A stretch of 64,000 bases of DNA from Candidatus Latescibacterota bacterium (GTDB taxonomy: Bacteria; Latescibacterota; UBA2968; GCA-2709665): the NCBI GenBank assembly GCA_965248435.1, contig OZ252100.1, forward strand, positions 2,048,001 to 2,112,000, written 5' to 3'. Below the pieces are notes generated by a model that saw only the letters and a list, made by a program, of their open reading frames with translations, searched no databases and was not told the DNA's origin. The first letter of the stretch is position 1, and every line of letters starts with the position of its first letter. The position numbers and the translations under genes are program-made. Shown here piece by piece: positions 29,153 to 39,038 of the stretch.

Positions 29153-29935
29153 TCAGAACATCACATCCAGAAGAAGGAAATACTCAATCTTGTCCCAATC
29201 CGGTTTCTCTCCAAGACGCTCCAGAAGCAGAGCTACGTGCTGCTCTCCGAGGTCCTCTCTGACGCTCCTTATGCACATGGCAATGTCAAACCATTTGTCT
29301 CCGACACCTCCGCGTCCCCAGTCGATGATCCCAGAAATGCGCTGACCATCGAGGAAGAAGTTCCCGTCACTCATGTCACCATGAGAGAGCGTGGGCTCCT
29401 GATCTGGAATATTGTCCTTTAGATGCTTGACCAGCGCTGAGGGCGATGGGAAACCTGTATTCTCAGAGTAAAAGTCCTCTTCGGCGGCCAGTCCACTTTC
29501 CAGGAGGTACTCCAGTTCAGTCAGTCTTCTTTCAACGGGAATGGCAAATGGGCATTCGACATGATCAATTGATTGAATGAGCCTCAAAGCTTCCAGGTAG
29601 GTGTCTATTACTTCTGGAGGACCATGGTCCTTCCTTTCGTACAGCGATACGCCATCCACTTCCGATATGAGCAGATACTCACGATCGGCATCAGAAGCAA
29701 AATGCATAACCCGGGGAACGGCAAGCTTACCATCGAGCCATCGTAGGACACACTTCTCTCGTCCGACTCCGTATGTTGTGTTCGCATACCGCTTGTCGCT
29801 GACCTTCAAGAACATGACATCCTTGTCTCTGGAGAGGCTGTACACATCGCAGGGTGACATACTACCCGCTTGAGATGAAAGCGAATAGTCAGAAACGATC
29901 GACTGGAGACTGTCAGGTAGTGAGTGTAGTTCCAT
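29153..29935 (-). CDS. APH(3')-family aminoglycoside phosphotransferase-like
   Basis: MSPCDVY, WLDGKLAVP, SHGDMSDGN, IDWGRGG, YFLLLD. Confidence 0.85.
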   Translation of the reverse strand: MELHSLPDSLQSIVSDYSLSSQAGSMSPCDVYSLSRDKDVMFLKVSDKRYANTTYGVGREKCVLRWLDGKLAVPRVMHFASDADREYLLISEVDGVSLYERKDHGPPEVIDTYLEALRLIQSIDHVECPFAIPVERRLTELEYLLESGLAAEEDFYSENTGFPSPSALVKHLKDNIPDQEPTLSHGDMSDGNFFLDGQRISGIIDWGRGGVGDKWFDIAMCIRSVREDLGEQHVALLLERLGEKPDWDKIEYFLLLDVMF

Positions 29936-29954
29936 TCCTCAAATGGTTTCCGCC

Positions 29955-30033
29955 TAACATTCTCGCCGGCTGCGAACTGCCGCAGGCAATTGGGCGAAGG
30001 CGCGTATGCGCCGCAGCGCAAGTGGACGTGTTA
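29955..30033. repeat. attC-like site (arms mismatched)
   Basis: TAAC ATTCT CG CCGGCTGCG...CGCAAGTGG A CG T GTTA. Confidence 0.85.
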
Positions 30034-30114
30034 CACGCTGGCGGCGCGGGCTTCGTCATGGCGAAGCCCCCCACAGGCCGGGAGTACAGTGCACGCCACA
30101 AACAGGGGTGGCAG

Positions 30115-30794
30115 TTACACACTCGGGTTCACGACCTGGCAGGAGCACCCAGGAGCAACGTACTCGCTGGCCCCCTCGCCAAATCGGACGACACCATCAT
30201 AGCCAAGAGCGATGATCTCCGTACCGGCAACCACGATCGCGGACCGTTCTGAGATGGCAAGTACAGGGTGCGAATGGTCCCCGACCAGCCGTGATATCAT
30301 TGGGTCGTCTGAAGTCTTGTAGTGACACCATATCGTGAAGCCGTGGACGACCCCGAGACCAGTCGTGTCCGTCAGCCCTACGTCATTGGGATCCGCATGT
30401 TCGCAACTTCTGATGTCGCACCCCATTATGATCGCGCCGGCACTTCCGCCGAAGACTGGTCCGCCCGCTTCGATGAAGCGTCGCAGAGCGGGCTCCATCT
30501 TCTTCGAGCGCAAGTGGCAAGCATTGAGAAGGTGTTGCCCCCTCCGATATACACTCCGCCAAACTCCCCAAGACGATCCGGATTGTAGTCTCCAGGGCCC
30601 GCCCACATCTGGATGGAGGTGACCCCGAAGGGGGACATTGTCGCACAGATCCATCTGTAGGAATCCTCTGCCGGAAAGGCATCACCGGGCATATATAGCA
30701 GAGGTTTCCTGCCTGCGATCCAGGCCGCAAAGAGTTCGTGGTGAAGACGGGTTTCGTTCTCGTCTCCGCCTCCAGATAGCACGAGTCTCATCAT
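30115..30794 (-). pseudogene. Peptidase S51 (dipeptidase E-like), frameshifted near 30515
   Basis: LSGGG...YIGGGNTF in one frame, GGSAGAI...WCHY in the next. Confidence 0.75.
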
Positions 30795-30898
30795 TGGGTC
30801 GATCCCTTGTCTGTCGTCCAATGGAGGGGTTTGGCTTCCTGCTCTTGTGCACGTCTTTCCGGGGTGGGGTGGCTGGGCAGTCCTGTGCCGCTTGCGTG

Positions 30899-30985
30899 TA
30901 ACGTTCTCGGCACCCACGAACTTGCCAAGCGGTGTTGGGCGAATGCCCGTTAGGGCTGAGCCACGCAGCGTGAATTGCCGTGACG
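30899..30985. repeat. attC-like site, right end decayed
   Basis: TAACGTTCTCGGCACCCACGAAC...GTTGGGCGAA. Confidence 0.7.
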
Positions 30986-31005
30986 TATGAAGTGGGATAC
31001 TTTTC

Positions 31006-31587
31006 TCATTTGCACGCAGCCATTCTTTGGAATGCGGTAGGGCGGCGGCGCGACTTCCAAGCATCAATTAACGTATCTACGTTGTCTTGGTTTGGTTGCA
31101 TCGAATCAACTTCCAGATCGTACTCAGTGAAACGGTGAACTTGCTGATAGTCTGTTCGAGCCTCCCCAACTCGCCGGTTTCCCCTTTCGTGCTCCCTTCG
31201 CTCTAGCTCACGAAGCGGACAGTGCACGCCGACAAAGAATACGTCAAGATCAGCGAGAAGTTTCAGCAGATCCGACATCCAGCTCTCATTCTCTATAATG
31301 TGATCGACGATGAGATTGTTGCCCGCCTCAGCCAACGCCGGCAGACACCTATGAAACCCATCGAAAACGGCGGGCCGCATGGCTGACCAATCAATATCGC
31401 CACTGCGGATACGCGCCATCGGCAGGGCGTTGGAATCTCGCAGGTGGTCAAACGAAAAGTGCCAGAATGGTTCTGGTAACGTCTGCTGTAACTCGCGTGC
31501 AAGCGTCGACTTTCCCGCGCTCGACGCCCCATTAAGGAGAATGATCTTTCCTGGCTCGCGATTGTTATCCATGGGTCTCCGGCCCAA
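31006..31587 (-). CDS. Chloramphenicol phosphotransferase-like P-loop kinase
   Basis: IILLNGASSAGKS, VGVHCPL, RRE..RGNR, YDLEVD. Confidence 0.85.
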   Translation of the reverse strand: MGRRPMDNNREPGKIILLNGASSAGKSTLARELQQTLPEPFWHFSFDHLRDSNALPMARIRSGDIDWSAMRPAVFDGFHRCLPALAEAGNNLIVDHIIENESWMSDLLKLLADLDVFFVGVHCPLRELERREHERGNRRVGEARTDYQQVHRFTEYDLEVDSMQPNQDNVDTLIDAWKSRRRPTAFQRMAACK

Positions 31588-31588
31588 T

Positions 31589-32230
31589 CTACTTGCGAAT
31601 CAGACTTACGAGAGTATCAGGAGCGTCAGCAATCGCTTGCGCAAAGGATAACTCCTCAATCGATCCATAGCCCCAGGAAACACCGATGGCGTAAATGCCC
31701 AAAGCGCGAGCCGCCTCGATGTCGTGGTTACGGTCACCGACCATGGTTGCATCGGACGACGGAATGCCTTCGGCCTGAAGCCCAAATAGCAGTATTTCCT
31801 CCTTCGTCGCAATGCCCCGCTCAAACTGTGCTCCGAACACACCGCGAAAGAACGAATCGAGTCCGAACTGGTGGACGACTCTTTCTGCAACGTCCTGACC
31901 CTTTAGGGTCGCCACATATAAATCACAGCCTTCTTGTCTGAGAGCTTCGAGCGCCTCAAGAATGCCCGGAAACACAGAGTTCTCACGGATTCCAACTCGG
32001 TCGAATCGATCAATATACGCAGCGACAGCGTCGTCGATCTTGGCCGCATCAGCTTCCGGAAGGAGCGCCTGGAAAACCTCGCTCAATGGGGTGCCGATGA
32101 ACGGTCGGAGAGAGTGCAGTGCTGGTGGGGTACCCCCCATAGCACGAACTGCGTATGCGAGGCAACGAGTGATGCCTGGCGCGGAGTCTGTAAGTGTGCC
32201 ATCGAGATCGAACATGACGTGTTGCTTCAT
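31589..32230 (-). CDS. HAD hydrolase (phosphoglycolate phosphatase-like)
   Basis: FDLDGTL, VGDRNHD, WGYG. Confidence 0.9.
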   Translation of the reverse strand: MKQHVMFDLDGTLTDSAPGITRCLAYAVRAMGGTPPALHSLRPFIGTPLSEVFQALLPEADAAKIDDAVAAYIDRFDRVGIRENSVFPGILEALEALRQEGCDLYVATLKGQDVAERVVHQFGLDSFFRGVFGAQFERGIATKEEILLFGLQAEGIPSSDATMVGDRNHDIEAARALGIYAIGVSWGYGSIEELSFAQAIADAPDTLVSLIRK

Positions 32231-32242
32231 CTCGGACCGCCT

Positions 32243-32962
32243 CTACGTTTTAGTCACCCGCCGCGGAAGTCCCTCAACTCCATCGATCAGATCAGACATT
32301 GTCGTGAGTCGAGGGAATCCACCAGACCTCTCTTTGAGAGCATTCTCCAAATTCCAGTGGGGCCATCTTTCGAGATACCAGCTCGCCCAATAGGGCTTCA
32401 TACCTGCTCCGTGCGCTCCCGATAGTTCGTCGTTTGCTCCGTCCCCGACGAAAAGACACTCACCAGGATTCACCCCGAGTCGCTGGCAACCCTCGTGATA
32501 GATCTCGACACCAGGCTTTAGTAGCCCGACGTCACAGGAAAACACTGTAGCATCTACATGCTGTGCTAATCGGCACGCAGGCCAGGCGGCGACTTCCTCC
32601 CGACGCGCGTTGCTTATCAAACCAATCAGTATGTTTTGATTTTTCAGAGTCTGGATAACATCAAGCACTTCGCACTCGATACTCTGAAAAGGAAGAGCCT
32701 TAAGTGCGATCCTCTCAGACTCAAGGTGCACAAGGAGTTCCTCGTCAATATCTCTCCCCACAGCAATACATATTTCGCGAAGCAAACTCCGATAGTCTGG
32801 AATCTCACCCAGCAGGCTTGGCCCTCTACGCTTGTCCCATTCGTGCATTACCGCTGAGATATCTACGCCGAGCCGTCTCGCAAGATCAGGTTTAGGGCTC
32901 TTGTTGGTCTCGTGCTCCGTTATGAGCGTCTCGTAGAGATCAAAGACAACAGCTCTAACCAA
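32243..32962 (-). CDS. HAD family hydrolase
   Basis: FDLYETL, LISN, KP, FVGDG. Confidence 0.88.
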   Translation of the reverse strand: MVRAVVFDLYETLITEHETNKSPKPDLARRLGVDISAVMHEWDKRRGPSLLGEIPDYRSLLREICIAVGRDIDEELLVHLESERIALKALPFQSIECEVLDVIQTLKNQNILIGLISNARREEVAAWPACRLAQHVDATVFSCDVGLLKPGVEIYHEGCQRLGVNPGECLFVGDGANDELSGAHGAGMKPYWASWYLERWPHWNLENALKERSGGFPRLTTMSDLIDGVEGLPRRVTKT

Positions 32963-33020
32963 CGGGCAGTGCCTCCAAGCTGTCTCGGTTCATGGGCCTC
33001 AATTCTTTACGGGTGGCGGC

Positions 33021-33070
33021 TAACGTTCTCCCCGTGCGCGACCTGCGAAGCAGGTTTATAGCGAGGGGCT
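33021..33070. repeat. Truncated attC-like site (left half)
   Basis: TAACGTTCTCCCCGTGCGCGACCTGCGAAGCAGGTT. Confidence 0.7.
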
Positions 33071-33073
33071 TTG

Positions 33074-33457
33074 CTATTCCACAACGTTCTTATGCCGGTC
33101 CACCCGCAGCAATCCCCTAGATGTATCGAGGATAACGATATGATTTCCCCACGGATCTTTTAGGACCGCACACTTGCCGATAGCAATGTCAAAAGGACCA
33201 GAGACTACTGCCCCACCGGCTGCCTTGAATTTCTCGGCGGCATCGGTAACAGAATCAACAAGGAGATCTGTTTCTACTGGTCGAGTATCGGTATGAAGAA
33301 CAAGCTCCGAGTCCGATTCTGGGAAACGGAGTCCCGCTGCTTCTCCACTGCGCCAGATTAGCTCATGTCCCAGTTTATCTTGATAGAACTCAATAGCAGA
33401 ATCGAGATTTGCTACTGGCAAACTGTGACAATCAATTTTTCGGAATAGTCCAGACAT
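33074..33457 (-). CDS. VOC family protein
   Basis: FYQDKLG, GPFDIAIG, DPWGN. Confidence 0.88.
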   Translation of the reverse strand: MSGLFRKIDCHSLPVANLDSAIEFYQDKLGHELIWRSGEAAGLRFPESDSELVLHTDTRPVETDLLVDSVTDAAEKFKAAGGAVVSGPFDIAIGKCAVLKDPWGNHIVILDTSRGLLRVDRHKNVVE

Positions 33458-33545
33458 TGAATACCTTCACGCCTAACTTGTGATGGGGTTCTTGTGCGCG
33501 ACTTTTCGGGGTAGAGCTGTTGGGACTCCCTGCGCCGCTCGCGTG

Positions 33546-33624
33546 TAACGTTCTCGCGGGCAGCGAAGCTGCGAAGTAGGTTGGGCGAAAGAGCGAAAGC
33601 CCCGAGCCGCAGCCGGGCGTGTTA
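33546..33624. repeat. attC-like site
   Basis: TAAC GTTCT CG CGGGCAGCG...CGCAGCCGG G CG T GTTA. Confidence 0.85.
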
Positions 33625-33669
33625 AATGCTGTCGTGGCCTGAGGTGGTTTGGGCAAGACGAAAAGGGTG

Positions 33670-34473
33670 TCAGTTTGGCTTTATGTACTGTGTCCTATAG
33701 CTGATCTTTCCATTCTTGAATTCATATATTCTGAAAGTTGCTTGTCGTCCCCAATAGCCTGCAACGGGGGAGCAGACGTACAGCGGGACGTTTCCCAACC
33801 AATGATGTTCATCTCTGTGAAAGTGCCCAGCGATTACCGCTTTCACATTGTGGGTGTTGATGAACTTTTCCCATTTATCTCGGAATTTCCTCTTCCAGCC
33901 CTCATGGATTTTGTTCCTGTAGAAATCTTCAACTGATGGGGTGTGATGAAAGAGCAAAACCGGACGTCCATCTGCTCTTTGGAGGTATCCTTCAAGTTCC
34001 TTTAGGGGTTCAAATCCTTCAAGAATGAACGATTGCGCTAAAGGCTCAGTGCAGATAAAGATAAAGACTACGCCCTTATATTCTGCCTTTGAAATCAATG
34101 TTCCAAAGTTGCTCTCGTATGTGCGTCTAGTCTCCTCAAGCAGTTTTGGAAGGAAATCATGATTCCCGGGAACATAGTGGATTGGAACCTGGAGGTCGCC
34201 TAAAACAGACCTGGCATTGGTGAGAGTAGCTTCATCAAGAATTTTATTCATTGTTATGTCGCCAGTGTGAACAACGCATTCGATTTTCATAGGCAAGTTA
34301 TTTATACGATCCACAACTCTAGCGACACGCTTAGCATGATCGCCGTCTCCGAAGTGGGTATCAGAAATCTGAACGAAGTAGAAATGAACATCATCGGACT
34401 CGTCTGCACAGATCGGATAGGCTCTGAAGAAAGCGAGAGCAACAAGCAAACAAATGTGATATCTCTTTAGCAT
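33670..34473 (-). CDS. Secreted metallophosphoesterase
   Basis: SDTH, TGD, GNHD, HH, GHFH; signal peptide. Confidence 0.9.
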   Translation of the reverse strand: MLKRYHICLLVALAFFRAYPICADESDDVHFYFVQISDTHFGDGDHAKRVARVVDRINNLPMKIECVVHTGDITMNKILDEATLTNARSVLGDLQVPIHYVPGNHDFLPKLLEETRRTYESNFGTLISKAEYKGVVFIFICTEPLAQSFILEGFEPLKELEGYLQRADGRPVLLFHHTPSVEDFYRNKIHEGWKRKFRDKWEKFINTHNVKAVIAGHFHRDEHHWLGNVPLYVCSPVAGYWGRQATFRIYEFKNGKISYRTQYIKPN

Positions 34474-34533
34474 TGTTATTTCCTTCTGGGGCTTCCCAGG
34501 GCATGAGGTTTTGGGATAGGCCACGACTGCGTG

Positions 34534-34608
34534 TAACGTTCCAGACACTTGCGAACCCCGAAGGGGTTTGCCGAGGGCCGAAAGGCCTTAGGCGCAAGTG
34601 CCATGTTA
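34534..34608. repeat. attC-like site
   Basis: TAACGTTCC...CACTTGCG AACCCC/GGGGTT GGCC/GGCC CGCAAGTG...T GTTA. Confidence 0.85.
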
Positions 34609-34626
34609 TCGGAAGTGTGCGACCAA

Positions 34627-35199
34627 TCAAAGCTCCGGGTGGGTAAGTCTGTATCGTGTGACCAGCCTTTCACCACTGTGAACTGAATTTTCTAGAATTC
34701 CGCGTTCGTGGACTTGAAAGTCTAATTTCTCCAAAACTTTGATTGATGCAACGTTGTCTTCAATAGGACTCGCCTGGATTGTCTCAATTTCAAGGTCGTT
34801 GAAAGCAAACTCGACTACTCTATTTGCAGCTTCCGTGGCGTATCCTTTGTTCCACTCTTCCGGAATGATCGAGAACCCGAGGATCGCCAGATCCCGAAAC
34901 TTACTAAGCGAGACAAAGCCAACATCAACATGATTATCCTTTCTCTCGATTATCATGGAGAGAGCTTCTCCAACTTCATTTCCCGACATCACCCTTGAGA
35001 CAAATTCCTCTGCATGCTGGTGCTTAAAGGGAAATGTGACCTTTGATAAGTGCCTAGAAACCTCCCAATTCGAATACAGCTTGAACACAAAGTCAACGTC
35101 GCCAAGATCAAGCCGCCTGAAATAAAGACGTCTTGTTCCGGTTGACGGTGTCCGCCAATGCTTACTAGACGCCACTAATTGACTCCTGGACTTACGCAC
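34627..35199 (-). CDS. GNAT acetyltransferase (RimJ type)
   Basis: WNKGYATEA, NVASIKVLEK. Confidence 0.88.
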   Translation of the reverse strand: MRKSRSQLVASSKHWRTPSTGTRRLYFRRLDLGDVDFVFKLYSNWEVSRHLSKVTFPFKHQHAEEFVSRVMSGNEVGEALSMIIERKDNHVDVGFVSLSKFRDLAILGFSIIPEEWNKGYATEAANRVVEFAFNDLEIETIQASPIEDNVASIKVLEKLDFQVHERGILENSVHSGERLVTRYRLTHPEL

Positions 35200-35207
35200 A
35201 TTCCCGA

Positions 35208-35275
35208 TAACGGTTGCGCCACGCGCGAGCCCCGCTAAGCGGCGAAGCCGTGAAAGGGCCTGCGTGGATAATTGA
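35208..35275. repeat. Decayed attC-like site
   Basis: TAACGGTTGCGCCACGCGCG; the cassette IR to its left matches 34605-34621. Confidence 0.55.
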
Positions 35276-35280
35276 GCGCG

Positions 35281-35889
35281 CTAAAACGGTATTACGCCCA
35301 AAGCACCAAGGCGATAACGCCCATCGTCGTACTCGATAGTCGTAAGAGAACACCCAGGTATGACATCGCTGCTGTAAGGGTGCACGCGGAACTCAGGGCG
35401 GATAGGATCAAGTTCCTCCGATGAGAAGACATTGAGGAGGAAATCGGCCAGTACACCCCCGTGAGTCACCGCGACAACGGAGCCGAATGACTGAGTATGG
35501 CAATTCGAGACGAAGGCCTCGATGCGTCGGCCCGCCTCAATACTGGAGTCACCCGTGCTCGGCCGGTAGGCACGTTCACGGCTACAACGGTCCCAATCGG
35601 CTACAAACTCGTCGAATGATTGGCCCTCAACATCGCCCCAATTCATCCGCTCACGCAGACGTAAATCCTCTACAACTTCGAGGTCCAAGGCCGTGGCGAT
35701 AACCTCTGCCGTCTCTCTTGCTCGTGCGAGAGGGCTACTGAAGACCCCTGAGTTGCTCGACGACAGCTCGGTGGCGACCAAGTGAGCCTCTTCTCGCCCT
35801 TCGGGCGTCAATGAAGGATCTCCGACATGTCGGCCTCGTTTGCCATGTCGGATGAAGTGGACTCGAGTCATAGCTGATCCTTTCGCCAA
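35281..35889 (-). CDS. Histidine phosphatase family protein
   Basis: FIRHG, SSPLARARETA, VTHGG. Confidence 0.9.
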   Translation of the reverse strand: MAKGSAMTRVHFIRHGKRGRHVGDPSLTPEGREEAHLVATELSSSNSGVFSSPLARARETAEVIATALDLEVVEDLRLRERMNWGDVEGQSFDEFVADWDRCSRERAYRPSTGDSSIEAGRRIEAFVSNCHTQSFGSVVAVTHGGVLADFLLNVFSSEELDPIRPEFRVHPYSSDVIPGCSLTTIEYDDGRYRLGALGVIPF

Positions 35890-36006
35890 TTCTGCCGAAT
35901 GGGCTTGTTGGACGAGAACAACCTCTCTCTGACCTACAGACTCGCGAGGAACGGGATTAGTCCACTTGCACGAAAAGTCTGCTCCTGCTTTTGCGCCAGT
36001 TTCGCC

Positions 36007-36060
36007 TAAGGTTCTCGGTACCCGCGAATCCGCGCAGTAGGATGAGCCGAAGCGAGCGCT
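36007..36060. repeat. Decayed attC-like site
   Basis: TAAGGTTCTCGGTACCCGCGAATCCGC. Confidence 0.55.
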
Positions 36061-36073
36061 TGCAGGCTTGATC

Positions 36074-36673
36074 CTATCCTGATGAACGTAGTTCCTTGAA
36101 CCAAACCAACTGAACTTCGTCGGGAAACTCTGTGTATGCGTACTGGTGAAAAATACCTAGTCTACATCCCTGCGCGACATAGAACCGGCAAGCGGGAACG
36201 TTGATATTCTGTGTCTCGATCTTCAGCAGGGTACAATCTCGACTTCTTGCCCAATTTTCTATACTTCTGAAAAGCAGTTTTCCAACCCCTTTCCTACGGT
36301 AATCAGGATGCACACGAATGTCCCACAAGGCAGCCATGTCGGTGCGCCCTTCTAAGAAGTTGACGCCGGGAGTATTATATGCCACGGTCGCAGCACCGAT
36401 ACGGTGGACCCCTTCGAATACTGAAAGGAATCCCCAGTTGGACAAGTCCCAGCGTTCGCGCCAGCGAGTAGGCGTCTCCCCGGCGTCTTCGTCGTATGCT
36501 TTGACGTAGGGAGGAACGACAGCCTCTTCAGTCAAGCGGATGCCACCAAGCCCATCTTCAATGAGTTCAACACTGAGCTTGGACTTGACCTCGAAGGCTA
36601 TTGAAATCTCGCCGTATTCTTCGAGTTTCTCTAGACTCTCTTCTTCTACTCTGAAATCCATGGATTTTACCAC
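36074..36673 (-). CDS. GNAT, streptothricin-acetyltransferase-like
   Basis: DIRVHPDYRRKGVG, IETQNINVPACRFY. Confidence 0.85.
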   Translation of the reverse strand: MVKSMDFRVEEESLEKLEEYGEISIAFEVKSKLSVELIEDGLGGIRLTEEAVVPPYVKAYDEDAGETPTRWRERWDLSNWGFLSVFEGVHRIGAATVAYNTPGVNFLEGRTDMAALWDIRVHPDYRRKGVGKLLFRSIENWARSRDCTLLKIETQNINVPACRFYVAQGCRLGIFHQYAYTEFPDEVQLVWFKELRSSG

Positions 36674-36693
36674 ATGCCCAGAAAATTGCCGCC

Positions 36694-36775
36694 GAACGTT
36701 CCCGGCACTCCCCGAACCTGCCGCAGGCTGGTTAGGCAGAGGCCCTCATGGGCCGGAGCCGTGGGTGCCGTGTTA
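36694..36775. repeat. attC-like site
   Basis: GAAC GTTCC CGGCACTCCCCG...CGTGGGTGCCG T GTTA. Confidence 0.85.
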
Positions 36776-36801
36776 TGAGGGGTTAGGGTGTCTACAGTTT
36801 T

Positions 36802-37634
36802 TCACTTCTTTTTGCCAACTGTCAAAAGATGCAGACTCACGCCTAGAAGGGCTGACTCTTCCTCTATCAAGCGAAGCGCTTCAAGAATAACCTGTTTCTG
36901 TTCTGGATCTGACCACCGCTCGTCGAAATCCCCCAAGAGCCATCCTGGTCTCTCCAGGCCCATCGTTTTTAAATGGATAAATCCAGCTTCTTCGATTTCC
37001 TCTTGTAACTCTTCTGGCCTGTGAAAGTATGCAGTGGTGAAATAATGGGGGGTTTCCTTCGGATTGAGGTGTTTCCCAACTTTCAAGTCTCTTTGGACAA
37101 TTTCACGGAACTCTGGATCGGACAGAAAACCCCGTTTCAATCCACTAGAAGGGATGCGAACCGTGAAATGGCACCACAAAAAACGAAGCCACCCTTCTTT
37201 AGGACTCGGCGAGCTTCCTTCAGCGACTGGATCCGATCCGAGCGATCTGGAAGGTGATAGAGCGGCCCGAGCAGGAGCACCACATCCATCGATTCAGACT
37301 CGAAGTCAAGCTCTCTGGCCTCTCCTTGGCCGATGCTGGCAAGAAGGGTACTACCTTCCCTGGTCTTGGCCTGCTCCAGGTGGAGGGGCACAATGTCAAT
37401 CAGGTGCACATTGTACGACTTTTCTGCCAGCCAGAAGGCGTAAGCACCCGCCCCGCCTCCAACGTCGAGAACTTGAGCTGGGGGAGGCGGTAAATATCTC
37501 AGTAAAACCTCCTTCGTCCGTTCGAACTCGAGGCGGGAAACTCCCTCGGCTAGGCGAGTTGCCTCGTCTTTGACTGTCTCGTAATGTCTGATCACCTTCG
37601 AATCCATCATTGCTCCCATACTGGACGTTCGCAT
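36802..37634 (-). pseudogene. Class I SAM methyltransferase, frameshifted near 37150-37180
   Basis: LDVGGGAG...LGPLYHL...AISRFASL continues in another frame as FLSDPEF...FTTAYFHRPEEL. Confidence 0.75.
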
Positions 37635-37654
37635 ACTGATAGCTTCTCTGAAAC

Positions 37655-38182
37655 TCAGTCTGGAGAGCCCATCGCTTCCCTAACTACGCGACGAATGAAC
37701 GAACCCTTTGCCCCACCGTACGCCTCACGGTCAAAACGAAAGCGTCGAGCCAGTTCGCCCTTTAAAGCAGCATACTCCTGTGCAGTATTGGGGTGCGAGC
37801 GCAAGTAATCGCGGAATGCTATTCGCTTGTTCCAGCAATTACTTCCATACGGAATAAGCTGAAGGTTATAAGGCTGCTTACCTTGCACCCTTTTGTCGAA
37901 GAAATGCATGTCATGCGGGCAAACAGAATCATAGCAGTATCTAACTGCCTCAAGAGACCCAAGAGCCGGTCGAGTTTCGTCGAGGCCAGCCACCCCAACT
38001 TGAATGTCGACTATAGGTTTTGCGGCAAGCCCGGGAACTGAAGTACTGCCAACGTGTTCAATGCTGCCAACCACGTACTCGCCGATCGCAGTGACGAGCA
38101 CTTCACGTTCTCTCTGGAATGCGGCGGGCCATGATTCGTCATAATCAACGATTTCAACTCTCTCCACTTCACGGGCAACCAT
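37655..38182 (-). CDS. GrpB family protein
   Basis: IEHVGSTSVPGLAAKPIVDI, FRDYLR, YAALK. Confidence 0.92.
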   Translation of the reverse strand: MVAREVERVEIVDYDESWPAAFQREREVLVTAIGEYVVGSIEHVGSTSVPGLAAKPIVDIQVGVAGLDETRPALGSLEAVRYCYDSVCPHDMHFFDKRVQGKQPYNLQLIPYGSNCWNKRIAFRDYLRSHPNTAQEYAALKGELARRFRFDREAYGGAKGSFIRRVVREAMGSPD

Positions 38183-38271
38183 GCTGACTCCTGATAGGGA
38201 TCACATTCAAGATAAGTTTGATATAAGCTGGGCCGCCGTAAACGTAGTGACTACTCGACTTCTGCTCAGAA

Positions 38272-38907
38272 TTAATCCCCAAATAGGACGACCCCAACAG
38301 CGCCGAGTCCATAACGGTTCCCGTCATACGAAACGGTTGTAATCGAGCACTCACGCATGACTTCACCACTGTATGGGTCATCACAGAATTTCGAACTCAC
38401 GCGACCCAGTTCTTCAGATGAGAAAACGTTGAGAAGGAAGTCTGCCAGGACGCCGCCATGGGTCACCGCGATCACAGTGCCTTTGAATACCTGGTGGTAG
38501 CAATCGGAAACAAAAGCCTCAATGCGTCTGCCAGCCTCCATGCTTGAATCGCCAACACTGGGTCGGTAATCTCGTTCGCGGCTGCAACGCTCCCACTGCG
38601 CTACGAATTCGTCGAAAGATTGGCCTTCGATGTCGCCCCAGTTCATGCGTTCGCGCAGCCGTGAATCTTCGGTCATTTCAAGGTTCAAGATTGCAGCGAT
38701 GATCTCCGCTGTCTCTCTCGCTCGTGCCGGTGAACTGCTGAAAATTCGTGTGATGTCGTTTGAAGCTAACCTCTTGGCGAGCAGTCCAGCATCTTCTCGC
38801 CCCTCTGATGTCAATGATGGATCGCCCATCTTGCGGTCTCTCTTACCGTGGCGAATAAAGTGAAAGCGCATTAAGTCTACCTGCCTTCCGATCTTTCTTG
38901 TGCACAA
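38272..38907 (-). CDS. Histidine phosphatase family protein (paralog of 35281..35889)
   Basis: FIRHG, RLRERMNWGD.EGQSFDEFVA shared with the paralog. Confidence 0.9.
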   Translation of the reverse strand: MCTRKIGRQVDLMRFHFIRHGKRDRKMGDPSLTSEGREDAGLLAKRLASNDITRIFSSSPARARETAEIIAAILNLEMTEDSRLRERMNWGDIEGQSFDEFVAQWERCSRERDYRPSVGDSSMEAGRRIEAFVSDCYHQVFKGTVIAVTHGGVLADFLLNVFSSEELGRVSSKFCDDPYSGEVMRECSITTVSYDGNRYGLGAVGVVLFGD

Positions 38908-38945
38908 TTTGTCGGAGTGGGGGGAACTTTTGCGCCGCTTGCCGC

Positions 38946-39024
38946 TAACGTTTTCGCCGTGTGCGAACTGCCGCAGGCAGTTGAGCGAAGTCCCTTGCGG
39001 CCTGAGCCGCGCACGGACGTGTTA
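38946..39024. repeat. attC-like site
   Basis: TAAC GTTTT CG CCGTGTGCG...CGCGCACGG A CG T GTTA. Confidence 0.9.
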
Positions 39025-39038
39025 TGTGCAGTGGACGA

